Assembly: GCA_037137395.1 (NCBI GenBank)
Contig: JBAXKK010000068.1
Location: 1-14,251 of the forward strand
Length of the DNA stretch: 14,251 nt
Reading direction: 5' to 3'
DNA from: Elusimicrobiota bacterium
Lineage (GTDB): Bacteria > Elusimicrobiota > Elusimicrobia > Elusimicrobiales > UBA9959
Under the pieces are notes generated by a model. That model did no database searches and was not told the DNA's origin. It saw nothing but the letters and a program-made list of their open reading frames with translations. Shown here piece by piece: positions 1 through 7,935 of this stretch. Each line of letters begins with the position of its first letter. The first letter of the stretch is position 1. Both the position numbers and the translations under genes were made by a program.

Positions 1-2
1 AA

Positions 3-887
3 AAAGGTATACAGGCTAAGTATGTGTCCACCTCGGTTTCCGGCAATTCCGTTATTGTGCGATACGTTAAGCTCCCAAAGCTTTGGAAGGAACTCGCGCT
101 GAGCCTGAATGTGGAAGCGGAGCCCTATATCCCCTTCGATATGAAGGACGTCAACCTCACATATTACATCCTCAATGATGTGATGGACGAGGGCCAGCCC
201 AAAATGGATACCGTGCTGGTCGCCGCCAAGAAAGACATAATAAAAGACAAGATAGATATCCTCAGCGAAGCCGGCCTTGATCCGCTTATTATAGATGTGG
301 ATTCTTTCGCGCTGGAGACGCTGTACGACAGAGTTATACCCAAGACCGATAATGGCGCCGTCCTTATACTGAACATCGGCCACAAGGCGACCAACCTGTC
401 CATCGTTTCCCAGGGCGTGACACGTGTGGTAAGAGATATTTTTATCGCCGGCAGCACTCTTAATAAAGCCGCGCAAAAGGTTCTGAAGGCGGACGCGGCC
501 GGTATAGAGGCTCTGAAGCGGTCCAAAGGGTTGCTTGTTTCGGACGAGGATAAAGAGGCGGCAATAGCTAACATGGATAGTGAGGGTATAGCTGTTTCAA
601 AGGTCGCATCGGGGGTCCTTAAAGAGCTTTACGCCGAAGTGTCAAGGTCCATAGATTTTTACCTGTCGCAGGGCGTGGATCATTCCATCTCCAGGATCCT
701 GCTATCCGGCGGAGGCGCTAATCTTGGTAATATAACCAAGTCCATGGTGAACGAGTTCAAGGTTCCTGTGGAAATAACCAACCCGTTCTCTTTTCTTCCG
801 GAACAAAAAAATATTCCTAAAGATATTCTGCCGACGCTTGCGGTGGCCGCCGGCCTCGCTTTGAGAAAGCTTAAAGATTGGGAGTAA
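3..887 (+). CDS. pilM: Type IV pilus assembly protein PilM (actin/FtsA-like), 5'-truncated by window edge
   Basis: The frame is open from base 3 (KGIQAKYVSTSVSGNSVIVRYVKLP...). It contains PilM motifs EAEPYIPF, LVAAKK, AGLDPLIIDVDSFAL, LNIG, EVSRSIDFY, ILLSGGGANL and C-terminal AVAAGLALR. It lies directly upstream of pilN/O/P/Q. Confidence 0.95.
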   Translation, partial: KGIQAKYVSTSVSGNSVIVRYVKLPKLWKELALSLNVEAEPYIPFDMKDVNLTYYILNDVMDEGQPKMDTVLVAAKKDIIKDKIDILSEAGLDPLIIDVDSFALETLYDRVIPKTDNGAVLILNIGHKATNLSIVSQGVTRVVRDIFIAGSTLNKAAQKVLKADAAGIEALKRSKGLLVSDEDKEAAIANMDSEGIAVSKVASGVLKELYAEVSRSIDFYLSQGVDHSISRILLSGGGANLGNITKSMVNEFKVPVEITNPFSFLPEQKNIPKDILPTLAVAAGLALRKLKDWE

Positions 888-947
888 AATTTACCGCGCG
901 GCATCGATATAGATTTGGAGAAGAGTTCGCTTTTTAGTGAGAAATAG

Positions 948-1499
948 ATGATAAAGATAAATCTGATCCCGTCCGAATATATTGAGAAGCTTAACCGTAA
1001 AGCCTTCATCGCTAAGGCAGTGGTGGCGGGAGTGGTTTCGGTGGCTCTGATCGTTCTGCTATCGGTGTGGCAGTTCACCCGGTCAAAGACCATAGAGATC
1101 AAGATGGCGCGTCTGCAGGTTGAGCTTAAGGGCCTGCAGGCAGATGTCGACCGCGTTAAGGAGATAGAGGGTCAGATAGCCGAAGTTCAGCGGTATCTTG
1201 ATTCCATAAACAGCATTACTCGTGGCAGGCTCATTTACACGCAGTTCATGCAGGATATACTTGTATCCCTCCCGGGAACCATTTGGTTCGGCGGAATAAG
1301 CACCTCGCTGAGGGATCAGACACTTGCCGTGACCTTCACCGTCAACTCCCGTTCCGCTTACGACCTGGCTTATTGGATTAACGCGCTTGAGACGGATCCA
1401 AAATACTCCGAAGTTGTTGTCAGCGCTATAAACGCGAGCGAAAGCAGCGTCGCCAGAGTTTTGAACACAACTATAACCCTGAAGTACTCTTACAGGTAA
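948..1499 (+). CDS. pilN: Type IV pilus assembly protein PilN
   Basis: N-terminal MIKINLIP (INLLP-type PilM-binding motif), single TM helix (AVVAGVVSVALIVLLSVW), coiled coil, then LPGTIWF leading into the periplasmic domain. Positioned after pilM. Confidence 0.92.
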   Translation: MIKINLIPSEYIEKLNRKAFIAKAVVAGVVSVALIVLLSVWQFTRSKTIEIKMARLQVELKGLQADVDRVKEIEGQIAEVQRYLDSINSITRGRLIYTQFMQDILVSLPGTIWFGGISTSLRDQTLAVTFTVNSRSAYDLAYWINALETDPKYSEVVVSAINASESSVARVLNTTITLKYSYR

Positions 1500-1505
1500 T
1501 TTAAT

Positions 1506-2057
1506 ATGGCGAAAATACAACTTACAAAAGACCAGTTGGCCCAGATAACGGCCGGCGTGCTTTTTAGCGCACTGTTCATTTATGTCTATGCCGTTTATTT
1601 CTGGATGCCGATCGCCGCTAAGATAGATGCCAATTCCAAAATGGTGGCCTCAATGGGAAGCGATATTTCCAAGGCGAAGATGCAGAAGGCCAAGTATAAG
1701 GATCTGGAGGCCAGGTTGGTCTCGCTGAGGGCTGAAAAAGAAGTGGCGCAGAAGATGTTGCCCAAAGAGCGCAAGTTTCCCGACCTGATTAAAACCCTGA
1801 CGGCTTTAAGCAAGAAGTATAAAGTGGAGATTCAGAGTATCACTCCGGGAGGAGTCACTAGGGAAGAATATTTCACCAAGGCCGCCTACCAGATAGCCGC
1901 CAGAGGCGATTACCATTCTCTGGGCAGATTTATGACGGCTCTTGGCATGGAGGAGCGGATACTCACCATGCAGGATCTTGTGCTGTCCGTCACTCCGGGT
2001 GCGGAGACCTCCACCGCGGCCACTTTCACTCTCACGGCATATCAGTACAACGGATGA
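1506..2057 (+). CDS. pilO: Type IV pilus assembly protein PilO
   Basis: N-terminal TM helix, coiled coil, and PilO-typical segments LPKERKFPDLI, SITPG...EEYF and GDYHSLGRF. Starts 6 bp after pilN. Confidence 0.93.
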   Translation: MAKIQLTKDQLAQITAGVLFSALFIYVYAVYFWMPIAAKIDANSKMVASMGSDISKAKMQKAKYKDLEARLVSLRAEKEVAQKMLPKERKFPDLIKTLTALSKKYKVEIQSITPGGVTREEYFTKAAYQIAARGDYHSLGRFMTALGMEERILTMQDLVLSVTPGAETSTAATFTLTAYQYNG

Positions 2058-2521
2058 AAATGAAAAATAAAATATTTAAGACAGGTTTTCCCCCGTTCCT
2101 GCTGCTGCTCGTCCCCGCTTTCGCCGCGGCCCAAACGCCGGCGATCATGGATTCCGAAAATAAGGCTGTTACCGTGGAGCAGGCGTATCGCCCATCCAAT
2201 GCCAGGGATCCGCTTAAGATTTCAACGGTGTTTGGCGACGAGCACGCTCCCAAAAGCAAGATAAGTCTGGATGAACTGGCCAGATCTACCTTCAGCGTGT
2301 ACAATCTCACGCTTACCGGCATCCTGGAAGATAACCGCTCAAAAGAAGCCATGCTTAAAGATCTCACGACCGGCGTCGTTTATTCCCTAAAGGGCGGCAG
2401 GGTGATGGATTCAAAGAAAAAACAGCTGCCGGGAGTTTCAGGCATCATTAAAGGGAAGCAGGTTATACTGATGACGAAAGATAAAAAGGTTCATCAATTA
2501 AATCTGCGAGAGAAAGATTAA
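2054..2521 (+). CDS. pilP: PilP-like pilus assembly protein (Sec signal peptide, no lipobox)
   Basis: ATGA overlap with pilO and position between pilO and pilQ. YRPSNARDPL resembles the PilP Y...RDPF motif. LTLTGIL...EAML...GVVYSLKGG resembles the PilP/GspC-HR beta domain. The signal peptide ends AFAAA-Q and the protein has no Cys. Confidence 0.7.
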   Translation: MKMKNKIFKTGFPPFLLLLVPAFAAAQTPAIMDSENKAVTVEQAYRPSNARDPLKISTVFGDEHAPKSKISLDELARSTFSVYNLTLTGILEDNRSKEAMLKDLTTGVVYSLKGGRVMDSKKKQLPGVSGIIKGKQVILMTKDKKVHQLNLREKD

Positions 2522-2683
2522 AGAACAGAGGAAGGCTGCAGGTGGTTGAGTTTGCGTGCAAGTGGCGGAGGAGAATAGCCGATGGTTGGGACGCCTGGGG
2601 GGCTGCGGTGAATAAGACTGAATGACAGCCCATGGACAAACAACCTGAGTGGACGGCATAATTCAGAGAAATAGGAAGAAGAT

Positions 2684-4582
2684 ATGAAAAAAATGACAGT
2701 TTTTATTATAACCGCCTTTTTTATGGCGCAAAATCCGATTTTTATCTACGCCGCCGAGAGCGCTGTGGTTGAATCGGTGAGGGTTTCGTCCGACAGCGTT
2801 TATATAACCACGGACAAGCCGGTAAAATACAAAGCTTTTATGAAGAACCAGCCCCCGGCGCTGATAGTTGAGCTGGAAGATTCCCGGCTGAAAACCCTCC
2901 AGGAAATTCCGGTCAACGGAATTTTTATCAGGAAGGTGCGGACCGAGCTGAAGGACGGGCCGGCCGGAGTTTCCAGGGTGGTCCTGGAGTTGACTCAGAA
3001 AGTCGTTTATGAGATAACCCAGAAAGGTACCGAGCTGGTGGTCGCCATGGGCGGAAAGGTTGCCGCCAAAAAGGTTGTGACGGAAAATTTACCGGTTGCT
3101 TCAGCTCCTGAAGCCCAAAGCGTGAAAATAATAGTGCCCAGTTCCCAGGATAAGACCCCGGCCCTTTCCGTGCCGGTAACAGTAAAACCGGCAGATCTAA
3201 ACAGCGAAAACGTGCCTGTAATACTCCCCAAAAAATCGGCGCCAGTTTCGGCTGACAGGGGTTCCAGAAATATCATGGACAACCTGCCGACAGAACCCGT
3301 GACACTGGACTACAGCGATGTTGATGTGCGCGACATTATCAGCATGCTGGCGGCCAAGGCCGGCATCAATATTATATATTCCGACGATGTGACAGGCACA
3401 ACCAGCATTAATCTCAGCAAGGTTCCTTTTGATGAGGCCTTTAAAACTATCCTCAGCGTGAATGGTTTTGCCGCCCAACCGTTGGGCGATAATATCCTCC
3501 GGATCGCGACGCCCCAGACATTCCTGGCCGAGCAGAAAAAGGCGTACCTTCAAACCAGGGTCTTCTTTCTAAATTATTCCAAGGCTTCCGAGGTGAAAGT
3601 GCAGCTGGACGCCGTGGCCTCGGCTGAAGAAAGCAAGGGGCGGTGCACCATCGATGAGGCTAATAACGCCCTTATCGTAACCGATTCCGCGCTGGGGCTT
3701 GAAAACACAGGGCGCCTTATCAGGAGCCTTGACCGCGTTCCCAAGCAGGTCGTTATAGAGGCCAAACTGGTGGAAGTTTCCCTGGATAATTCCTTGGATT
3801 ACGGCATCCAATGGTCAGGATACGGCGAAAAGAACGGGAATTATTTCGGCGCCGGCGACTCTAAAACAACTATGGGAACACCCGGGCTGGGTAATCCGAG
3901 CAATGTCGTCGCCCTCTACGACACTAAATCCCCTCCGGGCGGTATGGCGGCGCCACTCAGCGCCGCGACCAACGCCAGCGGCCTGGGCACCGGCGTTAAT
4001 CTGCCGGCCAATATTGTCTACGGCGCTTTCCGTCTTGGAAAAGTGGCATCCAATTACATGTTTGACGCCATAATCACGGCCGCGGCCAAGAAAGGCAAGG
4101 CTAAGATCCTTTCCGATCCCAAGGTGGCGACTTTGAACAACAAGGAAGCCAATATTAATATCACCTCGCAGACACCTTATGAGACCTCTGAAACCACGCA
4201 GTCAGTGCCGCCTATCACAACCAAGAAGGTCATCTATCTCACCACCGGCATTATCCTGAAAGTCACGCCGACCATTAATTCCGATGGCCGCATCTCCATG
4301 AAGATAAACCCGCAGGTCAGCCAGCTTTCCTCCTTTATCCCTCTGGCTGGCAGCGGGGCCCCCGGCGTAGATACAAGGTCGGCCGACACAAATGTTATCG
4401 TTCGGGACGGGGAAACCATCGTTATCGGCGGTTTAATACACGACAGTCAGTCGGAAACCTCTTTCAAGGTGCCGTTGCTGGGAGATATTCCAATCATCGG
4501 TTATCTGTTCAGAAAAAAATCAATATCTCGCACGAGAATGGAACTTATAATCTTCGTCACGCCCAGGATCATAGAAGGCTAA
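2684..4582 (+). CDS. pilQ: Type IV pilus secretin PilQ
   Basis: Signal peptide; one AMIN-like domain (PPALIVEL...IRKVR...SRVVLEL); Pro/Val-rich linker; N0/STN (VTLDYSDVDVRDII...AGINII); secretin_N (FFLNYSKASEV...IDEANNALIVTD); secretin core (QVVIEAKLVEV, ILSDPKVATLNNKEANI, GIILKVTPTI, DGETIVIGGLI, KVPLLGDIPIIGYLFR, ELIIFVTPRII). Confidence 0.96.
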   Translation: MKKMTVFIITAFFMAQNPIFIYAAESAVVESVRVSSDSVYITTDKPVKYKAFMKNQPPALIVELEDSRLKTLQEIPVNGIFIRKVRTELKDGPAGVSRVVLELTQKVVYEITQKGTELVVAMGGKVAAKKVVTENLPVASAPEAQSVKIIVPSSQDKTPALSVPVTVKPADLNSENVPVILPKKSAPVSADRGSRNIMDNLPTEPVTLDYSDVDVRDIISMLAAKAGINIIYSDDVTGTTSINLSKVPFDEAFKTILSVNGFAAQPLGDNILRIATPQTFLAEQKKAYLQTRVFFLNYSKASEVKVQLDAVASAEESKGRCTIDEANNALIVTDSALGLENTGRLIRSLDRVPKQVVIEAKLVEVSLDNSLDYGIQWSGYGEKNGNYFGAGDSKTTMGTPGLGNPSNVVALYDTKSPPGGMAAPLSAATNASGLGTGVNLPANIVYGAFRLGKVASNYMFDAIITAAAKKGKAKILSDPKVATLNNKEANINITSQTPYETSETTQSVPPITTKKVIYLTTGIILKVTPTINSDGRISMKINPQVSQLSSFIPLAGSGAPGVDTRSADTNVIVRDGETIVIGGLIHDSQSETSFKVPLLGDIPIIGYLFRKKSISRTRMELIIFVTPRIIEG

Positions 4583-4659
4583 GATAGTGACTAGTGGTTA
4601 GTGGTTAGTAAGGGAGTCCTTCATTGTTTTACTCGCCACTTGCCACTATCCACTATCTT
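4581..4659. repeat. Inverted array of heptamer tandem repeats forming a long imperfect hairpin
   Basis: Left arm: aa GATAGTG ACTAGTG GTTAGTG GTTAGTA a (4581-4611). Right arm: t TACTCGC CACTTGC CACTATC CACTATC tt (4629-4659), whose reverse complement reads aa GATAGTG GATAGTG GCAAGTG GCGAGTA a. The spacer is 17 nt. Confidence 0.85.
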
Positions 4660-4663
4660 TAAC

Positions 4664-6133
4664 ATGCTGGTATTTATTTTTTGTTCGATCCTGCTGCTCG
4701 CGCCCGCCCTGCAGGGCGTATGGGACTTTAGGGCGCAGTTCGTATTTGAAGCCGCCGTCTTTCTGACCGGCGGCTTTTGGCTTTTAAGGGAGATTATATC
4801 CGGTCGGCCGCCGGCTTTTTTATCTGATAAAAGGAACATACCACTATTATGCGCGGCTTTCTTTTCTCTGCTATCGGCGTTGCTGAGCCCCGTGCGCGCG
4901 CTGGTGATGCCGGAGTGGTGGACCTTCGCCGCCGGACTTTTTATTCTGTGTCTGGGGAGCTCTCTGAGAGTCGGGGAGCTGCGTCTGACCGATCTCGCGC
5001 TCAGAATCTCCGCCTGGCTGATCGCCCTGCTGAGTCTTTACCAGGCATTTATACTTAAAAGTCCGGATATTTCCGCCTCCCTCACCAACCCTAATTCGCT
5101 CGCTTTATTTATCCTCATGCTGCTGCCATTGGCCATAAAATGGAAGGATCTGTTTCTCCTTGGCGCTTTTATCATAATTCTGGTCTGGACGCAGTCGGCG
5201 GCAGCACTGCTGGCGCTGCTGACGGCCGCCGGTTTTTACGCCAAAGACAACATGAAAACGGCGGAACTGAGAAAAAACTGGAGGCTGCTGATAGTGCTGA
5301 CCGTGGTGGCCGCGCTGGCTGTTTCGCAGCTTGAGCTGCGTTCTTTTTTTGACCGGATAGGGTGGTGGCGCGCCGCGCTGGGTATGTTCGCGGATCGCCC
5401 GGCGCTTGGCTTCGGCCCCGGTTCTTTCGCCTATGTGTACCCGGCCTATCACAGTCACGGAGCCGCTGGCGTGGCGACGACATACGTCCATAACTATTAT
5501 CTGGAGTTTCTGGCCGAAAACGGAATTTTAGCTTTTATTTTCTGGGCCTGGGCCGCGGCTTTCCGCCTAAAGACTATAAGAGGGCTGAAAAAATACGCTC
5601 TTATCGCGGCGATGGTGCACTCTGTGGTGGATTTCGGCCTAGCCGTGCCGGCTAATTTTTTAATTTTCTGCTATTTGTTGAGCGATCCAAGGCTGCCGGA
5701 AGCGGACGCGCCACCGGTTCGGACGGGAAATAAAACCCCGTTTATTTTGGGAGGCCTGGCGCTGGCTTGCTTTGCGGTTATCTGCGGCGTCTTTTCTTCG
5801 CAGTTGAAACTTGAACGGTTACGCTTCCGGGCGCTGTCGGATTTATACGCCGGGGACTACCCGCGCGCGGAAGCGGCGCTTAAGGAGGCCGCGCGTATCG
5901 CTCCCGATAATCCGATTGTGCCGGGGATGCTGGGCCAGATCCGCATGCGCGCCGGTTTCGCGGGAAAGGACAGAGACCTGCTTTTCTCCGCCGCGGTAGA
6001 ACTTGAGCGGGCTCTAATACTTAATCCCTACAACGCCGCAGCCTGGCGGGATCTGGAGCGGCTTTACGCGGATGCCGGAGAACGGACGCTTCTTGAAGGC
6101 CTCCGAAAAAGAAAAGGGAGGGTGTTTAAATGA
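4664..6133 (+). CDS. O-antigen ligase (Wzy_C/WaaL/PglL-like) family membrane protein with C-terminal TPR-like repeats, copy 1
   Basis: Many TM helices; family motifs LTNPNSLA, DRIGWWRAALGMFADRPALGFGPGSF, VHNYYLEFLAENG, HSVVDF; TPR-like tail (AEAALKEAARIAPDN, LERALILNPYNAAAW). The start is placed at ATG 4664 because the longer GTG start (4601) lies inside the heptamer repeat hairpin. Confidence 0.85.
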   Translation: MLVFIFCSILLLAPALQGVWDFRAQFVFEAAVFLTGGFWLLREIISGRPPAFLSDKRNIPLLCAAFFSLLSALLSPVRALVMPEWWTFAAGLFILCLGSSLRVGELRLTDLALRISAWLIALLSLYQAFILKSPDISASLTNPNSLALFILMLLPLAIKWKDLFLLGAFIIILVWTQSAAALLALLTAAGFYAKDNMKTAELRKNWRLLIVLTVVAALAVSQLELRSFFDRIGWWRAALGMFADRPALGFGPGSFAYVYPAYHSHGAAGVATTYVHNYYLEFLAENGILAFIFWAWAAAFRLKTIRGLKKYALIAAMVHSVVDFGLAVPANFLIFCYLLSDPRLPEADAPPVRTGNKTPFILGGLALACFAVICGVFSSQLKLERLRFRALSDLYAGDYPRAEAALKEAARIAPDNPIVPGMLGQIRMRAGFAGKDRDLLFSAAVELERALILNPYNAAAWRDLERLYADAGERTLLEGLRKRKGRVFK

Positions 6134-7833
6134 TGCCGGCGTGCCCGTCAGAGGGCGATAAGCGTTACTTGCTCCCGGCAATTTTTCTGCCGCTTGCCGC
6201 CGTTTTGGGCGGATTGAGGGCGTGGGGCGATTTTGCGGCGTTTTCGGCGATATTCTTTATATATATCGCTTTTTTTGACGATGATTTTTCATTTTCAGGT
6301 CTCGGAGTCTGGGGACTGCTGGCCGCCTGGTTGGGAATCTCTGTCGCCTTCTCGCCAGAAATCCGCAACTCTTTCTGGCAGTTTTCCAAATATGCGGTGT
6401 TGTTCTCTTTTTATATTTTTTCAAGCCGGCGCCCGATCGAGGCACGCCGCGCCTGGGCCTGGTCAGTTTTTCTGCTGGGCGGGCTGGCCGCGTGTTTATC
6501 GGTTTACGAGGGAGTTCTGAACCTTCCGCGGGGAAGCGTTCTTGGCTTTAATCCGAATTACGGCGCGGCCTTTATAGCTGCAGCGCTGGCCGGTACGGTA
6601 TCGCTCCTTATGAACGCCGGATGTAAAAAGCGATGGCTGGGCGCCGCCGCAGGGCTGGCTTTATTTTCAGCGGGACTGCTCGCTTCTAATTCAAGAGGAG
6701 GGCTCTTGGCCGCCCTGGCCGCTTTGTTTTATCTTTTATTCCTGAAAAAAGCCTGGCGTCCTTTGCTTTATTTGGCGGCAGGGTTGCTGCTTGTCACGGT
6801 CCTGCTTCCGATGGAGCAATTCAGATGGATGTTGAAACTGGATGATCCTGTTTCGCTGGAGCGGTTGAAGATCTGGCGCACCGCGCTGGGCGCGATAGGC
6901 GACAGCCCTTTTTTTGGTTACGGCCCGGGCCTTTTTGAGCGGGTTTTTGAAGTCTTAAAATTTCCATTTTACAATGGCATCTCCTATTATGGCCATTCCA
7001 CAGTGCACGCTCATAGCGAACTTCTAAATCTCGCAGCCGAGGCCGGGATTCCGGCGGCCGGCCTTTTTATCTGGGGTTGGAGCCGCGCGGTTTTTGCCGC
7101 TGACGACGGAGATCGTTGGGGAACGGTGCTTAAAGTCTTCGCCGTCTCTTTGTTCGCGCAATCCGCGGTGGATATAATCTTTTATTCCGGCGCTCTACAG
7201 CTGTTCTTTTTTGGGACATTAGGATTGCTGGCGGCGGGAAAGGACCGGCCCGCCGACGCGCCGGGTTCCCGCGTCAGGGCGCTGTCGCTCCTGCTTGCCT
7301 GCTGGTGCGCGGCTTTTATATTGCGGTCTGGTTTTGAGCGGGACAAGGCATGCGCGCTGGACGGAGGAATATCCCAGCGTGCGAGGGAAGCCTGTCTTAA
7401 GAAGGCCGCTGTTTTCGCTCCCGGGGATGCCGCCCTTTTAAATGTTTCTATCCCTCTTTCATTTGACATCTATGGCGATTTCGCTTATACTGCCGCCGTG
7501 GCGGGGTCTGCCGCGATGAAGCGGCCAAGGGATCCGTTCCCATTATTCGCGCGGGCGCAGGCTTTTTATATGGCAGGCGCGCTCAATTCCGCCAAGGCGG
7601 AGTTATATGGTGTTCTCGCGCTGGAACCCGCTTTTCTGCGCGCCCGGCTGCGCCTGGCGGAAATCCTGTCTGCTGAAACAAACTATCCGGCGGGTGTCGC
7701 GCAGTTGCGTCAGATAGAGTCCCGGTTGGCGGGAAAAGGTGTTGAGCCCCGGACCGCTTACGACCGCGATCTTCTCTCTCTCCCGGCTGCGCCTTACGCG
7801 AAAATATCGAAGGAGATTCAACGGCGTGAATAG
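6130..7833 (+). CDS. O-antigen ligase (Wzy_C/WaaL/PglL-like) family membrane protein with C-terminal TPR-like repeats, copy 2
   Basis: ATGA overlap with copy 1, with GGGAGG upstream. Motifs FNPNYGAAF, SNSRGG, ERLKIWRTALGAIGDSPFFGYGPGLF, HAHSELLNLAAEAG, QSAVD; TPR-like tail (LALEPAFLRARLRLAEIL). Confidence 0.85.
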   Translation: MMPACPSEGDKRYLLPAIFLPLAAVLGGLRAWGDFAAFSAIFFIYIAFFDDDFSFSGLGVWGLLAAWLGISVAFSPEIRNSFWQFSKYAVLFSFYIFSSRRPIEARRAWAWSVFLLGGLAACLSVYEGVLNLPRGSVLGFNPNYGAAFIAAALAGTVSLLMNAGCKKRWLGAAAGLALFSAGLLASNSRGGLLAALAALFYLLFLKKAWRPLLYLAAGLLLVTVLLPMEQFRWMLKLDDPVSLERLKIWRTALGAIGDSPFFGYGPGLFERVFEVLKFPFYNGISYYGHSTVHAHSELLNLAAEAGIPAAGLFIWGWSRAVFAADDGDRWGTVLKVFAVSLFAQSAVDIIFYSGALQLFFFGTLGLLAAGKDRPADAPGSRVRALSLLLACWCAAFILRSGFERDKACALDGGISQRAREACLKKAAVFAPGDAALLNVSIPLSFDIYGDFAYTAAVAGSAAMKRPRDPFPLFARAQAFYMAGALNSAKAELYGVLALEPAFLRARLRLAEILSAETNYPAGVAQLRQIESRLAGKGVEPRTAYDRDLLSLPAAPYAKISKEIQRRE

Positions 7834-7935
7834 CGTAATGCGGATAGGCAAGTAGATGGTCAGATGGCGGATAAAAAGATAACCACAGGCTGATGACCCG
7901 CAGCCTGAACAACTTAACAACTATTAATATAAGAT

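Noticed and set aside
2522..2683. Resemblance to RNase P RNA words (GAGGAAG, ACGCCTGGGGGG, TGAATGAC...ACAAA)
   Set aside because: Too short, and it lacks the GAGGAAAGUCC / ACAGAACCCGGCUUA P4 pairing; judged coincidental.
4601..4663. N-terminal extension MVSKGVLHCFTRHLPLSTIFN of the 510-aa ORF
   Set aside because: It is translated from the heptamer repeat hairpin. ATG 4664, which opens the first TM helix, is the more credible start.
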